Assembly: GCA_041389065.1 (NCBI GenBank)
Contig: JAWKSM010000002.1
Coordinates: 1,556-65,555, forward strand
Direction: 5' to 3'
DNA: 64,000 nt
Source: Minisyncoccota bacterium
Lineage (GTDB): Bacteria; Patescibacteriota; Minisyncoccia; Phycocordibacterales; CSBR16-119
The notes beneath the pieces were generated by a model that was not told the DNA's origin, ran no database searches, and saw only the letters and a list, made by a program, of their open reading frames with translations. A program made the position numbers and the translations under genes. Below are positions 62,191 through 64,000 of the stretch, one piece after another (the stretch's first letter is position 1; each line of letters begins with the position of its first letter).

Positions 62191-62646
62191 TTAATTATCT
62201 AACTTAACAATCCTTCTAATATGTCTTTCTTCTCCGGAAAATGGAGTATTTAGAAAAACGTCGACAGCTTCTTTTGCTTGGTTTAAATCTATGAATCTCG
62301 CGCCAAGTGAGAGGACGTTCGCATCGTTGTGCTCTCTAACAAGTTTAACTATTTCTATCGGTCCACCGTAAAAAACAGCAGTTCTAATACCTAAAAGTCT
62401 GTTGGCTTCTATGGCCTCGCCTGTGCCAGTGCCACCCAAAACTATTCCGCGAACAACATCTTCTGACTCTGGAGAAGTTGCAACAACACCTTCAGCAACA
62501 AGAGAAATGAAATCTGGATAATCGTCTTCTTTATCATATTCAAAAGCACCTTGATCGACAACTTCATGACCAAGGTCGCTCAAATATTTTTTGAGCTCTT
62601 CTTTCATATTAAATCCAGCGTGATCTGTTCCGATGTATATTTTCAT
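62191..62646 (-). CDS. rpiB: Ribose-5-phosphate isomerase B
   Basis: MKIYIGTDHAGFNMKEELKKYL.. and ..GTGTGEAIEANR.. are typical RpiB/LacAB. Confidence 0.88.
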   Translation of the reverse strand: MKIYIGTDHAGFNMKEELKKYLSDLGHEVVDQGAFEYDKEDDYPDFISLVAEGVVATSPESEDVVRGIVLGGTGTGEAIEANRLLGIRTAVFYGGPIEIVKLVREHNDANVLSLGARFIDLNQAKEAVDVFLNTPFSGEERHIRRIVKLDN

Positions 62647-62669
62647 CCCGATTTTAAATTATTTAATAA

Positions 62670-63098
62670 TTAAGCGGCCCTTCTATTGTCATTTTCAAAA
62701 TCATCTTCTTCGAAGTCGTCTCCACGATCTTCATTGTGTTTTCTTGCATCTTCTAAGATATTCATAGAAGTTTCCCATTTAGATTCTGGGTCTTCGACCA
62801 AATTCTCTCTTCCTAAACCTGATTTTTTATCACCAAGCTTTGGGTGGGTTCTTTCATTACCAACTTTGGAGTTTTGCTCATCCTGCCAATACCAATTTCT
62901 TTTACCCTTTTCTTTTAGTTCATCTACTCTTTTTTTATCAAATTTAGCTTGTTCAACTTCGTATCTATCATCAAAAAGATCCTCTTCTTTTTTTGTTCCA
63001 TCAAAATGAGCAAAACCATTAACAGATGGTTGAATTGAGTCTTTTCCTTTAATATTATTTAATTTCTTTCCAAACAACTTTTCAAACATAAAATTCAA
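62670..63098 (-). CDS. Hypothetical highly charged 142 aa protein
   Basis: The ORF is intact, with low-complexity K/E/D composition. The opposite-strand ORF is a shadow. Confidence 0.45.
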   Translation of the reverse strand: MNFMFEKLFGKKLNNIKGKDSIQPSVNGFAHFDGTKKEEDLFDDRYEVEQAKFDKKRVDELKEKGKRNWYWQDEQNSKVGNERTHPKLGDKKSGLGRENLVEDPESKWETSMNILEDARKHNEDRGDDFEEDDFENDNRRAA

Positions 63099-63238
63099 AC
63101 TAACTTATAAAACTTTTCGCTTACTTTTTTCTCTTCGCTTTTTGACCGCTTCCAAAATATCATCTTCAGTCATATCACCATGATGATTTATATATCCTCT
63201 TTCGTTGTTTTCATTTTTCGGCGCGCCTTTAATCATAT

Positions 63239-63355
63239 TTATTTACGTCTTGGTCTTAAAATTAAACGATCCAAAACAAGTGTTGCTAAAATCCACCACC
63301 AAGAAAAACCAATGTATCCAAGTAGTTTTAAAATAACAAAAAGTACTGTAAACAT
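63239..63355 (-). CDS. Possible 38 aa hydrophobic micro-protein directly after gap
   Basis: Hand translation gives MFTVLFVILKLLGYIGFSWWWILATLVLDRLILRPRRK*. The ATG is 1 nt after the gap stop. Below the ORF-track cutoff. Confidence 0.25.
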   Translation of the reverse strand: MFTVLFVILKLLGYIGFSWWWILATLVLDRLILRPRRK

Positions 63356-63356
63356 T

Positions 63357-64000
63357 TTATTTTATATTTTGACCTAATTTAATAACGTGTCTGACCAAGG
63401 TATGTGTATACCCCATCTCATTATCATACCAAGCGAGAACTTTGACAAGGTTGCCATCTACGACTCTTGTCATTAAAAGGTCGGCTATGGAAGCGTACCG
63501 TGCGCCGATAATATCTGAAGAAACGATTTGTTCCCGTGTTGCGGTGAAAATTCCTTCCCATCTTGGGTCTTCACTGGCGTCTTCTAGTATTTTATTTACT
63601 TCTTCTACGGTTGTTGGTCTTTTTGAAATAAAAGTAATATCGGCAACAGACCCGGCGACAACAGGAACGCGCATTGAAACGCCATCAAATTTTCCAGAAA
63701 GTTGCGGAACGGCTTTTGTCACGGCAATAGCAGCGCCTGTTGAGCTTGGGATAATGTTTTGAGCGGCAGCACGTCCACTTCGCCAATCTTTTTTTGAAGG
63801 ACCGTCAACAACAGCCTGCGAGGCGGTGTAAGCGTGAACTGTATTTAAAATCGCTTTTTCGATTCCAATTTTTTCATCTAAAATTGAAATAACCGGACTT
63901 GCAGAATTTGTTGTACACGATGCGTTTGATGTCATTACACAAGTTGAAAGTTTTTCATCGTTTATTCCCATTAAAACCGTGGCTGTTTGCATTTCTGGTA
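63357..64000 (-). CDS. gap: Glyceraldehyde-3-phosphate dehydrogenase, N-terminal part outside the window
   Basis: ..SNASCTTNSASPV.. active-site region and C-terminal ..KVLAWYDNEMGYTHTLV... Confidence 0.9.
   Translation of the reverse strand, partial: PEMQTATVLMGINDEKLSTCVMTSNASCTTNSASPVISILDEKIGIEKAILNTVHAYTASQAVVDGPSKKDWRSGRAAAQNIIPSSTGAAIAVTKAVPQLSGKFDGVSMRVPVVAGSVADITFISKRPTTVEEVNKILEDASEDPRWEGIFTATREQIVSSDIIGARYASIADLLMTRVVDGNLVKVLAWYDNEMGYTHTLVRHVIKLGQNIK

Overview
This is an AT-rich chromosome segment: 60-nt lines counted by hand give about 27-35% GC in housekeeping genes. Shine-Dalgarno sequences are rare and genes are small. The gene content suggests a reduced-genome, CPR/Patescibacteria-like bacterium, which is an inference. 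That content includes domain-minimised aaRSs, a split transketolase, class I aldolase, rpiB/rpe/gap, an F-type ATPase operon, and a reduced mraY-ftsW-murG cluster without murD. It also includes ribosomal proteins L21/L27/L9/L31/L25, RF1, DnaB/RecR, ScpAB and many membrane-anchored hypotheticals.

I found one tRNA (Ile-GAU). I found no rRNA, CRISPR array, transposase, integrase or reverse transcriptase.

The strongest unexplained signal is a set of at least a dozen short, self-contained transcription units. Each has a near-consensus TTGACA/TATAAT-type promoter, one or two ORFs and a GC-rich intrinsic terminator. Sampled lines from five of them give about 48-60% GC, and the ORFs I read codon by codon use mostly G/C-ending codons. 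Two of the listed units (16141 and 19933) look only moderately GC-elevated by eye. These units sit between conserved AT-rich housekeeping genes. They encode small secreted or membrane proteins, or small Cys/His-rich basic proteins, that I cannot assign to families.

Other signals:
- Three tandem noncoding units running from promoter to terminator lie upstream of trpS.
- There are several long orphan hairpins and a motif-repeat region downstream of a DEAD-box helicase.
- Two peptidoglycan hydrolases share one coiled-coil module.
- Short-leader or leaderless mRNAs appear to be common.
- Homopolymer-associated frameshifts are dense at about 6.1-9.5 kb and 54.8-61.6 kb, with isolated ones elsewhere. 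They break essential genes and are more likely consensus errors than true decay.

All functional calls come from motif recognition by eye. No searches were run.
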